A DNA stretch of 63,360 nt, the filler included, from Octopus bimaculoides (lineage: Eukaryota): the NCBI RefSeq assembly GCF_001194135.2. It is 5 parts of 5 records of this genome, joined end to end, with 100 filler letters (N's around TTAATTAATTAA, not from the genome) between each part and the next. Parts side by side here need not be neighbours in the genome. Positions count along the whole stretch, not along the records: positions 24,700 to 45,131 come from NC_068990.1; 4 more parts are not named here. The stretch is one strand, 5' to 3'. A program made the translations under genes and the position numbers. Below, piece after piece: positions 29,540 through 43,350 of this stretch. Position 1 is the first letter of the stretch. Each line of letters starts with the position of its first letter. Below the pieces are notes generated by a model. It saw only the letters and a program-made list of their open reading frames with translations, made no database searches and had not been told where the DNA came from.

Positions 29540-29946
29540 GGATGATAACGGCTCAGCTGGAGCTACAAGAAAAAAACAATAACATCACTATCTACTACTA
29601 CTACTACTACGACGACGACGACGACGACTGCTGCAAACAACAAACTCAAACTCCTACTACCACCAAAGCAACAACACAGACACTACCACCTCCAGAACAA
29701 CAACACTAACAACAACAACAACGGAAAAAACAACAACGGAAAAAACAACAACAACAACAACGGAAAGAACAGCCGCAGCTGCAGCAACGGCTACAACCAT
29801 GTCAATAGGAAACGGTAACAACCACAGGAGCAATAACAAATTATACCTAATCAACAAGAGCAGCAACAACCACACAACATAACAACATCATCTGAGCCCC
29901 TCCCCTCAACCTCGCCTCTCTCTTCCTCTCTCCCTCTCTCTCTCTC

Positions 29947-30013
<67 letters not shown>

Positions 30014-30474
30014 AGAACAATAGATCTCTGTTATGCAGACCACGATTCCAGCAAGCCAACCTGCTTATGGCGACTCACGCATTTGTCAAAATGTAAAAAC
30101 CAATCGTTTTCTTCCCTTAAGGCTATTTAACAGAATGATTGAAGCTTTAATGCTGGAAAACAAAAGCTGTGGTGGCCTAAATCTGGACAGAGACGTGCTA
30201 CTTAATAAATAAGGTGCAACGTAGAGTCTGGCAAGACGTGAGATATTAATTAATGTACGGACTACCAACTGGTCAGCTGAATAACATTCTCAAATGGATA
30301 AATGCTGTTGGTTTCTGTTGTCATTGTTGCTGCTGCTGCTGTTGTTGTTGTTGTTGTTGTTGTTGTTGTAGGCCTTCTTCTTCTTCTTCTTCTTCTTCTT
30401 CTTCTTCTTCTCCTCCTCCTCCTCCTCCTCCACCATCGTCAATGCCGTCGTCTTAATCACAGTCCTGCTCATCG

Positions 30475-30532
<58 letters not shown>

Positions 30533-30940
30533 TATCATCATCGTTACTATAATCTTCGTCATCATCACAGTCACTTTCCACCACCACCATCATCATCATC
30601 ATCATCGTCATCAACTCTTCATCACCGTCATCGTCATCATCATCATCATCACCTTCTTCTTCTTCTTCTTCTTCTTCTTCTTCTTCTTCTTCTTCTTCTT
30701 CTTCTTCTTCTTCTTCTACCAGACGGGCTCCCTCATTCCTTTTTTTTTACCTCATTTACCCCCATCTCTTCCTTTCTTCCCTTCGTATTCTTTTTTGTAA
30801 ACTGCCCCCTCTTCACACACACACCGTACACATAAATTCTAAATTATCATTGTAATGTCCCGCTCATCTGATGCTCATGTGGCAAATAAAAGAAACCCTC
30901 CCCCTCATCATCATCATCATCATCATCACCATCGTCATCT

Positions 30941-30992
<52 letters not shown>

Positions 30993-31070
30993 CGTTATTA
31001 TTCTTTATCACACGATTCTCTCCACTTCCATCATCATCATCATCATTATCCTCCCCTCCCCCTGATTTCC
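29540..31070. repeat. Compound trinucleotide/dinucleotide microsatellite field
   Basis: Consecutive (ACT),(GAC),(AAC),(CT),(TGT),(TCT),(CCT),(CAT),(TAT) runs. Confidence 0.95.
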
Positions 31071-31896
31071 TTCCTTTTATATATCTTCTTCACTCTTTCC
31101 TTTTCCACGCAATTTCATTTGTTTTTTTCCTTCCTTACAAACTTGTCTGTGCTACCTTTATTTTATAATTATTTGTTGATTTCCTTGAAAACAGAACAAA
31201 ACAAAACAAAAAAACAACAAAAAAGAAAAGAAAAAAAAGAAACAAAAAAACAGGTTTTTACCATGTTTGTGTTTTACGGCTATTTGTATTAGTGTTATGT
31301 TGTTTATTAAAAGCTATTTTCGTAGTCCTGAATTGGATATTTTTGATAGTTTTGAAGTTGCCTGAAGCCAGTATCTTCCTATATTCATAGTAAAATATAT
31401 GTGCATCAGATTTTGGGTGGCATATTCTACGTATAGTCATTATTTAGCTTGTTTTATTTTTCTCTCTACTTTTGCTAGTTCAACTGAGAATATTGAAATT
31501 ATAACTTATTACAGAAACATGCAGTTATATTAGTTTCTTTAAATATCAATTTAATAGTTCATTTATATAGATATAGCATTCAGTGGGGGTGGGGCAAATC
31601 CGCGACTTTGGATCTTTAGTTTTCCTGTACTAGTAAAACGAAGGAAGGAAGTTCCATCTCCAAACCAGAGACTGGGTTCTGAAAGCTTGTGATAAAGTAC
31701 CCACTAAAGGTACTTATAAGCCAGACGGTTGTCAGATTTACGTCTGACGCTCCTTCATAACCCCTTCTTTCATTTGTGTGTATTGTATTATGCCTGGTTC
31801 AGGGATTTCTACATACTTCTAAGTCTCTGCTTGGCTTAATACTCTTAACTCTACATTTTAGTCTAACATCATATAAATGTCAAATGACTGAAACAA

Positions 31897-31928
<32 letters not shown>

Positions 31929-33133
31929 TCTCTCTTTACTTCTTTTACTTGTTTCAGTCATTTGACTGCGGCTATGCTGGAGCACCGCTTTTAGTCGAGT
32001 AAATCGACCCCAGGACTTATTCTTTGTAAGCCTAGTTCTTATTCTATCGGTCTCTTTTGCNNNNNNNNNNNNNNNNNNNNNNNNNNNNNNNNNNNNNNNN
32101 NNNNNNNNNNNNNNNNNNNNNNNNNNNNNNNNNNNNNNNNNNNNNNNNNNNNNNNNNNNNNNNNNNNNNNNNNNNNNNNNNNNNNNNNNNNNNNNNNNNN
32201 NNNNNNNNNNNNNNNNNNNNNNNNNNNNNNNNNNNNNNNNNNNNNNNNNNNNNNNNNNNNNNNNNNNNNNNNNNNNNNNNNNNNNNNNNNNNNNNNNNNN
32301 NNNNNNNNNNNNNNNNNNNNNNNNNNNNNNNNNNNNNNNNNNNNNNNNNNNNNNNNNNNNNNNNNNNNNNNNNNNNNNNNNNNNNNNNNNNNNNNNNNNN
32401 NNNNNNNNNNNNTATATATATATATATATATAACTGTGCCGAGCACGGCACATTATTTTCAATGAGAATCTTTGGTGTTCGGAAATAACTTTATACAATG
32501 TATGATCTTATAATAGCGAAGAAAACTGACATTGTATGCTAAACCATAACCTTCAAATCTACATTACGTTAATTTATCTCCTCATCCGATCATACCTACC
32601 CTCCACTGATTATCTTCACCGTGTATTTCTTTAATTGATACACTCTACTTCAACCTCTAACGATAATAATTTAATTACAAAAATTAATAACTTTAATAAT
32701 TTTAACAATCCTCCTTTATTATTGCCTTATAAATTATTCCCCTTCCATTTGTGATTATTTGCTTTTCATTCATACTCTAATGAATGTCTTTCAGTAAATC
32801 CAAAAGTTCTTGGCTCTTTTCATTACTTTTATTTAATCTTAATTAATTTCTAGTTATTTCTGTTCAGTTATTCGGTGATTATTCGTAAATTAACCCCTTT
32901 TGCCTTATTTGCCAACGTTTATTGCCAAATCATGCTTAATTCACTTGTTAATTCACTCGTACACTTACCAGCCAATGGGAATTCGATTTTTATGCCTTCT
33001 TAAGTTTGCTGTGTTTCCACCATATAATGAGCATTCGTCGCCTGAAGAAACAGCTGCTTGCGGAACACCGAAGTGACGAAATATTTGGCATCAGACGAAT
33101 ACATTAATTATACTCTACACCATGTTTTGAGTA

Positions 33134-33857
33134 CAGTGATCCCACGACTATTGCGGGTATTGCATTCCAGCCCAACCCCCGTGATAGATGATAATCCGCG
33201 AAGTAAAAACAGTACTGTACTGTAAGCACGCCGGGCGAAATGCTTCGCGGTATTTCGTCTTCCATTACGTTCTGAGTTCAAATTCCGCCGAGGTCGACTT
33301 TGCCTTTCATCCTTTCGGAGTCGATAAATTAAGTACCAGTTACGCACTGGGGTCGATGTAATCGACTTAATGCCTTTGTCTGCCCTTGTTTGTCCTCTCT
33401 ATGTTTAGCCCCTTGTGAGCAATAAAGAAATAAGAAACAGTACTGTACAGTATATTTTTTATCTTTGTTTTTATAATTTGTATATATTTATTTTATTATA
33501 AATGCAAAACAACACCACACACTCGCCTCCCGGGTTTCGCTTTCCATTAGTATGTCCGATTCTTTGTTTACTCATCTACGGTACATTACGTATTTTCTTT
33601 TAATATATTTTAATTAATGTGTTATACAGTGCAGCACTGTACTGTATTTTTATTTATTAATTTATTAATTTGTAGGCTTGAAAATGCTTATTTTACCACA
33701 GAAATAATTAAAATCTAAAAAAATATAAATACCTAACGGCCGCAGAAACCCGTGATATACTGAGGAGTCCGCAATAAAAATTTACATATATTAGGCAGAA
33801 AAATCCGCGATGTAATGAGAGCGCGATAGGTGAACCGCGATATGGTGAGTGATTATA
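33134..33857. mobile_element. Tigger/pogo-like non-autonomous element carrying a nested SINE
   Basis: TA|cagtgatcccacgactattgcgg… and …ccgcgatatggtgagtgatta|TA are degenerate inverted termini. SINE at 33221-33434. Confidence 0.55.
33221..33434 (+). mobile_element. SINE family B monomer with 14-bp TSD
   Basis: aaacagtactgtac at 33207-33220 and 33435-33448. Confidence 0.85.
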
Positions 33858-33971
33858 TACAAAAATTTTCAAATAAATACAAACTCCTTTAAGGTGGTAC
33901 TCCAGCATGGCCGCAGTCAAATGACTGAAACAAGTTAAAAATTACGAATATATATATATTTATACACACAC

Positions 33972-34008
<37 letters not shown>

Positions 34009-36091
34009 ACGAGTGCATGTTGTACCAGACACGCCATCTGCAAAGATAGCGTGTATTCACTGCTGCGTGCTCACCGCTGTGTGCTCACTGGAACGGCTAC
34101 TTTTATTTTTATCATAGGTCCTTTTGTTCGGAGTTTATTGTTGGTTAAACAACAGCATCTATTACAACAATGTGTGATACAATACATTATACAGAATTCA
34201 AGTCTACATGTCACGCACCATGAAAGCAGACACTTCATTGCGCAGCCCACAGCTTATTTCAACATAACATAACAACAGTAGCGCTGGTACTCCGTCTGTT
34301 ACCACGAGGAAGCCTCCAGTTGATCCGACCAACGGAACAGCTTGCTTGTGAAACTCACGTGCGTGTGACAGAGCACTCCACAAACACACGTGACACAGAA
34401 AGTGACAAAACTGGCCCTTTGAATTACAAATACAATTCATTTTTACCAACGGAGTGACTTGAGCAATGCGAAATAAAGTGTCTTGTTTAAGGACACAAGC
34501 ACCTCCAGGAATCGAAATCGCGGCCTCACGACCCTCAGCTGAATATCCTAACTACTAAGCTACGCGCCTTCAGTACAACAGCAGTACACATCTCATAATG
34601 TACCACAAATGCTGCACAACTCACCACACTACACTACAAAATATATCACATTTCACAACACAACACATTTCACAACATTGTACATTAACACAGCGCTGCT
34701 CACTTCACTTCACTCTCTGCCTAACAACCAAGGGGCCTATATTCAGGGTGTGTGCTGCACATCCATTAACCTTACTCATTAATTTAATCACAAATCTTAA
34801 GGAAAATCTTTTGACATACCCCTGCTTGAAATTTGGAGGCACTGGGTGTGACAGCACACCCAATACAACAACCATCGTATGTGCCGGAAAGTAAAGACAT
34901 CACATCACATCACGTTATAGTTCACAACTCAACATTACGCATCAAACTACACTAAACTCACTAAATATAACACCACCAAGTATAACACATCCGTACTACA
35001 CAACACACTATAAAAATACAACACACAACAACAAATAATGCGGCACACAATGATAGACACCACGCAACACTTACCCGTCACTCAACACAGTAGATCACAA
35101 TATACTACACATTAGACAAAACAACACACAGCACCAGACATCTCACATCATACACAATGTATCACTATTGACAACGCTAATTCTACAACACAACAAGCAC
35201 ACACACACTCGCACGCACGCACGTACACATCTGGGTATATATATATATATAAATATATATGTATATATATGTTTGTGTGTATACACACACACACACACAC
35301 ACAAGCACTCACACACACGCATGCATATATATATATATATATATATACATGTATATATATATACACACAGAGACACGCAAATGCAAACACACACTCACAC
35401 ACACATACACACAAGCACACACACACACGCATGCATATATATATATATATATATATACATGTATATATNNNNNNNNNNNNNNNNNNNNNNNNNNNNNNNN
35501 NNNNNNNNNNNNNNNNNNNNNNNNNNNNNNNNNNNNNNNNNNNNNNNNNNNNNNNNNNNNNNNNNNNNNNNNNNNNNNNNNNNNNNNNNNNNNNNNNNNN
35601 NNNNNNNNNNNNNNNNNNNNNNNNATATATATATATATATATAACGTCCTGTACCCTGATATGCATGTATATACACATGTAGATGTAAGTATGTACATAT
35701 ATGTGTGTATACATGTATATATATTCTTTGTATTATTACATTATTGAACGCACACGTCCTATTTTGCAAGTAAATCTCTCTCTCTCTATATATATATATA
35801 TATACAGACACGCGCGCTCGCAGACACACATGCACCCTAGACATACCATCAAAAAATACATATTGCACCGCACACGATAACGCGTTTTAAAAACACACTC
35901 GAGCGCGCGCACGCACACACACACGCGCACAAACACAGGCACACACACACACATAGAATGTACACCTTCAAACACAGTTAACAACACAATGCAAACGTAA
36001 TGCAACAAAGAGAAACAGTGGCACAAACATAATACACAACTGATAAAAACACAACAGATAGGAATACATACATACTCACACGCAAGGAAAT

Positions 36092-36189
<98 letters not shown>

Positions 36190-36529
36190 ATACTGTATGG
36201 TACCCTGAAAACAGTCACATGCAGCATACATTCACAAAATACACAGCATACAATCCACATTCACACATAACATGTGACACATTCATGGACGCACATACAC
36301 TCAGGTAACCACACACACACTTACCACACAGGCACACACTCTCCACACACACTCATGCTCACACACGGACACACGTGTACGTTCCAACATCGCCCGTTTT
36401 CGTATAAAGGACCGGAAGACATTGCAGCATTAATCAGTGTGCCACAGTAACCTTGGTGAATGACTATCACATGACAATCACCTGACCTACCTCGATCTGT
36501 GTCATGTTACACGAGAAGATGGCGTCAGT

Positions 36530-36530
36530 T

Positions 36531-36561
<31 letters not shown>

Positions 36562-37630
36562 AGACGAAGAAGAAGAAGAAGAAGAAGAAGAAGAAGAAGA
36601 AGAAGAAGAAGAAGAAGAAGAAGAAGAAGAAGNNNNNNNNNNNNNNNNNNNNNNNNNNNNNNNNNNNNNNNNNNNNNNNNNNNNNNNNNNNNNNNNNNNN
36701 NNNNNNNNNNNNNNNNNNNNNNNNNNNNNNNNNNNNNNNNNNNNNNNNNNNNNNNNNNNNNNNNNNNNNNNNNNNNNNNNNNNNNNNNNNNNNNNNNNNN
36801 NNNNNNNNNNNNNNNNNNNNNNNNNNNNNNNNNNNNNNNNNNNNNNNNNNNNNNNNNNNNNNNNNNNNNNNNNNNNNNNNNNNNNNNNNNNNNNNNNNNN
36901 NNNNNNNNNNNNNNNNNNNNNNNNNNNNNNNNNNNNNNNNNNNNNNNNNNNNNNNNNNNNNNNNNNNNNNNNNNNNNNNNNNNNNNNNNNNNNNNNNNNN
37001 NNNNNNNNNNNNNNNNNNNNNNNNNNNNNNNNNNNNNNNNNNNNNNNNNNNNNNNNNNNNNNNNNNNNNNNNNNNNNNNNNNNNNNNNNNNNNNNNNNNN
37101 NNNNNNNNNNNNNNNNNNNNNNNNNNNNNNNNNNNNNNNNNNNNNNNNNNNNNNNNNNNNNNNNNNNNNNNNNNNNNNNNNNNNNNNNNNNNNNNNNNNN
37201 NNNNNNNNNNNNNNNNNNNNNNNNNNNNNNNNNNNNNNNNNNNNNNNNNNNNNNNNNNNNNNNNNNNNNNNNNNNNNNNNNNNNNNNNNNNNNNNNNNNN
37301 NNNNNNNNNNNNNNNNNNNNNNNNNAAGGAGGAGGAGGAGGAGGAAAAGAAGAAAACAAGAACAAGAACAAGAAGAACAAGAACAAGAAGAACAAGAAGA
37401 AGAAGAAGAAGAAGAAGAAGAAGAAGGAGGAGGAGGAGAAGAAGGAGGAGGAGGAGAAGAAGGAGGAGGAGAAGAAGAAGAAGAAGAAGAAGAAGAAGCA
37501 GGAGGAGGAGGAGGAGGAGAGAAAGAAGAAAAACAAGAAGAACAAGAACAAGAACAAGAAGGAGGAGGAGGAGGAGAAGAAGAAGAAGAAAACAAGAAGA
37601 AGAAGAAGAAGAAGAAGAAGAAGAAGATGA
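36530..37630. repeat. (GAC)(AAG)(AGG) purine-rich microsatellite spanning a gap
   Basis: Direct inspection. Confidence 0.95.
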
Positions 37631-37768
37631 CTTAGCGGATGAGAACGAAGATGTAATAAGGAAAATCAGGATAGGATTGGAGTGTGGACAAAAGAGAGAC
37701 GATTACGCTATTTTGTCACGTTATCTAACCAGCCATCAAGTACCCACCCATCCATCCATATATATATA

Positions 37769-38001
37769 AAGGCGGCGAGCTGGAAGAATCGTTAGCACGC
37801 CGGGTGAAATGCTGAGCGGTATTTCGTCTGCCGCTACGTTCTGAGTTCAAATTCCGCCGAGGTCGACTTTGCCTTTCATCCTTTCGGGGTCGATTAAATA
37901 AGCACCAGTTACGCACTGGGGTCGATCTAATCGACTTAACCCCTTTGTCTGTCCTTGTTTGTTCCCTCTATGTTTAGCCCCTTGTGGGCAATAAAGAATT
38001 A
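37769..38001 (+). mobile_element. SINE family B monomer
   Basis: aaggcggcgagctgg…gttcaaattcc…gcctttcatcctttcggggtcgat…agcaccag. The core resembles, from memory, the Meta/MESC SINE domain. Confidence 0.85.
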
Positions 38002-38208
38002 TATATACNNNNNNNNNNNNNNNNNNNNNNNNNNNNNNNNNNNNNNNNNNNNNNNNNNNNNNNNNNNNNNNNNNNNNNNNNNNNNNNNNNNNNNNNNNNN
38101 NNNNNNNNNNNNNNNNNNNNNNNNNNNNNNNNNNNNNNNNNNNNNNNNNNNNNNNNNNNNNNNNNNNNNNNNNNNNNNNNNNNNNNNNNNNNNNNNNNNN
38201 NNNNNNNN

Positions 38209-38303
<95 letters not shown>

Positions 38304-39239
38304 TATGTATATATGTATGACTAGCGTCATTATGTTCAATGCTTTATTGTCAATTTTGTTGCTGCAGCAGCTGCTACTGATGCCCTTGATGTTGCTGTTC
38401 CTGTTACTGCTGCTGCTGTTAATGTTGCTGCAGCTACCGTTGCTGCTGCTGCTGCTACTGCAGCTAATGTTCTTCTTGTTTTCTCTCACCTTGTAATTTA
38501 TCTTGGAAAATATCGTTAACAATGCAGTAATGTCTTCGTGACATAATTGCAATTCATTGATTTCATACATAGAAGAAAGCGGTGTATTTGTTGCTGTTTT
38601 TCTTATACAGACGCAGGTATGAAATGAGATTGAGTAACGGTCATGCCTTTCTCAAGGTTATAAAATGATATAAGTGAAACCAACCGGGGGCTGGGTGGCA
38701 ACCGGGTGTAGCTACCAGCCAGACGACAAGGATCGTTTTGGCGTGCGCCGTTAGTAAACACACAGTTTAGCATCGCTGTGAAGAGTAAACGAACCTAGCA
38801 CTGTTATGCAAATGAGGTTAAACCAATTTACTTGTGAATCTGATAAGTCTACAAATGGCTGCTGGCTAATCGAGGAAATATGTAATATGTAACTCTGGTG
38901 AGTCGTTTGGAATCTTTGATGACTTTTTCTATTGATAGAAAGGTAAAAATATGATATATATACGCGGCATTTACTTGTCACAGCGAGAATAAGTTCTGTA
39001 CTTACTAAATACACACACACCTATGAAATTCTTTATATTTTTACATACATACATGCACACTTGTGCATGAAGTAATGCAGTTGTCTATAGAATACACATT
39101 GTAAATTTTGATATACATGCTTCATTAATTAATTAATTAATTAATAATTAATTAATTAATCAATCAATCAATCAATCAGTCAGCAGGCAATTAGGCTTGG
39201 CTACCAAAGATAATACACACGCACACAAACATACACACA

Positions 39240-39282
<43 letters not shown>

Positions 39283-39574
39283 AATCCAAACAAGAACAAG
39301 CAAGAAAAATCAACGACGCGAGCACGTGGTACANNNNNNNNNNNNNNNNNNNNNNNNNNNNNNNNNNNNNNNNNNNNNNNNNNNNNNNNNNNNNNNNNNN
39401 NNNNNNNNNNNNNNNNNNNNNNNNNNNNNNNNNNNNNNNNNNNNNNNNNNNNNNNNNNNNNNNNNNNNNNNNNNNNNNNNNNNNNNNNNNNNNNNNNNNN
39501 NNNNNNNNNNNNNNNNNNNNNNNNNNNNNNNNNNNNNNNNNNNNNNNNNNNNNNNNNNNNNNNNNNNNNNNNNN

Positions 39575-39650
<76 letters not shown>

Positions 39651-39654
<4 letters not shown>

Positions 39655-40527
39655 GCTGGGTATGTATTCAAAAGCCGCCAACAAAAAGTCAACCGTTTGT
39701 TATTTATGGACGACCTCAAACTTTATGGTAAAGATGGTAAAGACAGACAGAGAAAAAAGATGGCTGCGGATGACTAAAAGTGATTTAAAACCGCAAACGG
39801 AGGCTCTAATCTGTGCTGCCCAAGAGCAAGCACTAAGAACAAACTACATAAAATACAGAATAGATAACACAGCAGAAAGTGGTAAGTGCAGAATCTGTGG
39901 ACAAAACGGTGAAATCGTATGGCATATTACCAGCCAATGCACACCACTAGCCCAGAAGGAATATAAGAGACACCACGACAATATAGCCACGCTTGTTCAT
40001 TGGACTCTTTGCAACAAGTATGGACTTGGCAGAGCAAAAAATGTGTACGACCACAAACCTGAAGGCATCGTCGAAATGCAAAGATTCTATGGGATTTTAT
40101 GATTCAGTGTGACCATGAGATAGAGAATAAGAAGCCGGACATAGTCTTAATTGAGAAAGAAAACAAATGATGCTGGATCATAGATATAGCATGCCCAGCT
40201 GACAACAAGGTATGTGATAAGGAAGAAAGAAAAGTCGAGAGATATGACAGGTTATCTTAGGAAGTTAAGCAGTTGTGGTCAATGAAAAAGGTAGCAATAG
40301 TACCAGTAATTGTCGGAGCCCTGGGAACAGTGATAAAAAATCTCGAGAAGTACGTGGAACAAATAGGAGCTGCAATAAGGGTGGAGCACTTGCAGAAAAC
40401 AGCACTGCTTGGAACCGATCGAATACTCCGGAAGGTGCTGGAAAACTAAGAGGTGTTACCTTAGTTCAATGGTAGTGAACAGCTGACACTGTAGTACATC
40501 TCCAGCGTTAGAAGCTGTGCAAAGGCA
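39651..40527 (+). mobile_element. Dong/R4-clade non-LTR retrotransposon fragment in a (TAA)n array
   Basis: LLFMDDLKLYGKD (RT motif); ICAAQEQALRTN; CRICG…HITSQC; KPDIV…IIDIACP (RLE); QKTALLGT. AAT repeats flank both sides. Confidence 0.92.
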
Positions 40528-40554
40528 ATGATAATAATAATAATAATAATAATA

Positions 40555-40613
<59 letters not shown>

Positions 40614-40714
40614 AAAAATGAAATTTGCTGGAAGAAGTAACTTAATTTTTAAACCGACAAGTCTCCCACTATATTTCACCACTAGTGTATCTCTTTCTAT
40701 ATATTTACCACACT

Positions 40715-41322
40715 CTTTGTCAATCACTCTCTCTGCGCCCTACACATAATAATCAAAGGGTTGCAATCTGGGGAGTTAGGTAGCCTGATGTTAGGGGTGA
40801 TGTGGTCGCAGAAATTGTCTGAAAGCCATGAGTGCCTTCTTCTGCTTATGTGGCATGGTACAGAGTCTTGTTGCATCTGACATAGGGTGTTCTAGCAGCC
40901 ACCCTCTTGACCCAGGGCATCACGACCTCTTCCAGTCACTTGATGTAGGCCTCCGTGTTGAGTCTGAGGCTGTGTAGGAAGATGAATGGAGGCATAACGT
41001 TGCCATCACTAGTGATCACCCCAAACACCATGATGTTGACTGGATGTTTGATTGTTATCACTCTCGGTACATGTCCTCGGACTGCACTGTTCTCAGAGTG
41101 ACACTCAAACGATCTCAAATGTTCGTATTGGGGCTTCTGGCGCGAATACCAAGTAGTACTGCGTGTCCTTTCCAAATTTTCGGCAGAGTGAATTGCGTCT
41201 TGGTGCTGTTTTTCTCACAGCCGGTGCCCAACTGACCCTACTATACTGTGTAGGCGGCAAAATCAAAAACAAACAATGCCCATGAACGAAATTAAAAATA
41301 TAAATTTACCCATTGCACAGTG
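40715..41322 (-). mobile_element. Tc1/mariner (maT-like) remnant
   Basis: KHPVNIMVFGVITSDG…LNTEAYI; QQDSVPCH…WLSDNF…PNSPDCNPFDYYV. A likely terminal sequence is followed by TA at 41323. Confidence 0.85.
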
Positions 41323-41841
41323 TATGTAGTCGTTGGACAATTTATCTTTGTAGGGGGTACAGGAATATAAAGGATAATTAAGTTTCGCGTAGGTAGACCG
41401 TAGAAGTGATGATCGAGGGAAAGCGTGTTTTTGTAGGGTATGGAAGTTGATGGAAAGTCATGGTAAGGAGATTTATTTTGGTTTGATGTGAATTTGTCAT
41501 TGTTTAGTATTCACTGAAGTTTAGAGCATAAGGTGTAATTAGCCACGTCAAATACAGGTCACATCATTATTTGTATAAACAGTTGGTTGTTGTGTTTTAG
41601 AGTTCACTAAACAGCGTTTGCAGACAAGCCAGCTGATCACACAACATAGGCCAAACTGATGTTGAATTGGTATCCGTGTTACTAGATTCCTATTAAGAAA
41701 CATTAAACTGGGTATATTGGGAAGGTCAGGATTAAGAAATCGATATTATTATAAATAGTTATTACGATTTGTAATATGTTGCCAGGATCGCTATTTGTAG
41801 TTATACAGTTTCAGACGTCCAACTGCATGCAGTTACCTTTA

Positions 41842-41922
41842 CATCCAGATGAATGCATCCAGATGAATGCATCCAGATGAATGCATCCAGATGAATGCAT
41901 CCAGATGAATGCATCCAGATGA
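41842..41922. repeat. 14-bp tandem repeat CATCCAGATGAATG, 5 full copies plus a partial
   Basis: Units start at 41842, 41856, 41870, 41884, 41898, 41912. Confidence 0.95.
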
Positions 41923-41959
41923 TATGGCGAGTGATTATTGTATATATATATATATATAT

Positions 41960-42345
41960 GAAGCTTGCTTCCCAACCACATGGTTTCGGGTTCAGTCCCA
42001 CTCCGTGGCACCTTGGGCACGTGTCTTCTACTATAGACTCTGGACGACCAAAACCTTGTGAGTGGTTTTGGTAGACGGAAACTGGAAGAAGTCTGTCGTA
42101 TATGTATGTAAGTATATCTTTGTGTGTGTGACTTTGTGTCTGTGTTTGACACTCACCACTTGACAGCAGCCGGTGTTGGTTTGTTTTCGTCCCCGTAACT
42201 TAATGGTTCGGCAAAAAACCAATAGAATTAGTATCAGGCTTAGCAAAAGGAAATAATAAATACTGGAATCGATCCATTCGACTGAAAATTCCTCAGGGCG
42301 ATGCTCCAGCATGGCTGCAGTTTAAAGACTGGAACAATTAAATGA
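41960..42345 (+). mobile_element. SINE family A copy
   Basis: gcttcccaaccacatggtttcgggttcagtcccact head, central microsatellite-like spacer, ccagcatggctgcag tail. Confidence 0.85.
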
Positions 42346-42867
42346 TAATGATAATAGCATCATGTTAATCAATCCTCCTCCTCCTTCTACTTCAGCTTCT
42401 CCTCCTTCTACTCCACTTTCTCCACCTCGTCATCTTCACCATCTCCACCATGTCGCCTTCTCCGTCTGCCCATCATCATCAACATCATCTTACACCCATT
42501 TCGTACACACTCCAAGATAGTCAGACACTCGCACACATACGAATGAACACACATACAAATACAAGCATATTTCGCACAAACACTAACACACACAAAATAT
42601 AGACACATATATACACGCATATATACACACATATATACACATACATATACACACACAGCTACAGAAGAACTGGAAGTAGTAACGAGTGAATCATCAGATT
42701 CAATCGAGTAATTGAACCTAATACCCCCAATAATCTCTTAGTCTATAAATATTTTCGGTTCCTTCTGCCTTTGAAATAATCGTACTGAGCAGACTATGCG
42801 TACATACACAAACACACATGCACACATTCATGCACATATATACATATATATATGTTGATATACATAC

Positions 42868-42946
<79 letters not shown>

Positions 42947-43052
42947 CATATACATATATATAGTTGTTAGGTATACACACACACACACGCACACGCACAC
43001 ACATATATATGAATATATATATATGTAGTCATGTATACATGTATGCATCAAC

Positions 43053-43093
<41 letters not shown>

Positions 43094-43283
43094 TAATGCA
43101 TATATGTATGCATGTATGTATGTATGTGTGCGTATGTATGTGTGTGTATGTATGTAAGTATAAATAGGTATGCATATATGTGTGTGCATATATATTTATA
43201 TATATTTGTATGTATGCATGCATATCTATATGTATCTATGCATGTGTATATATCTGTATTTATATGCATTTATATATTTATAG

Positions 43284-43350
<67 letters not shown>

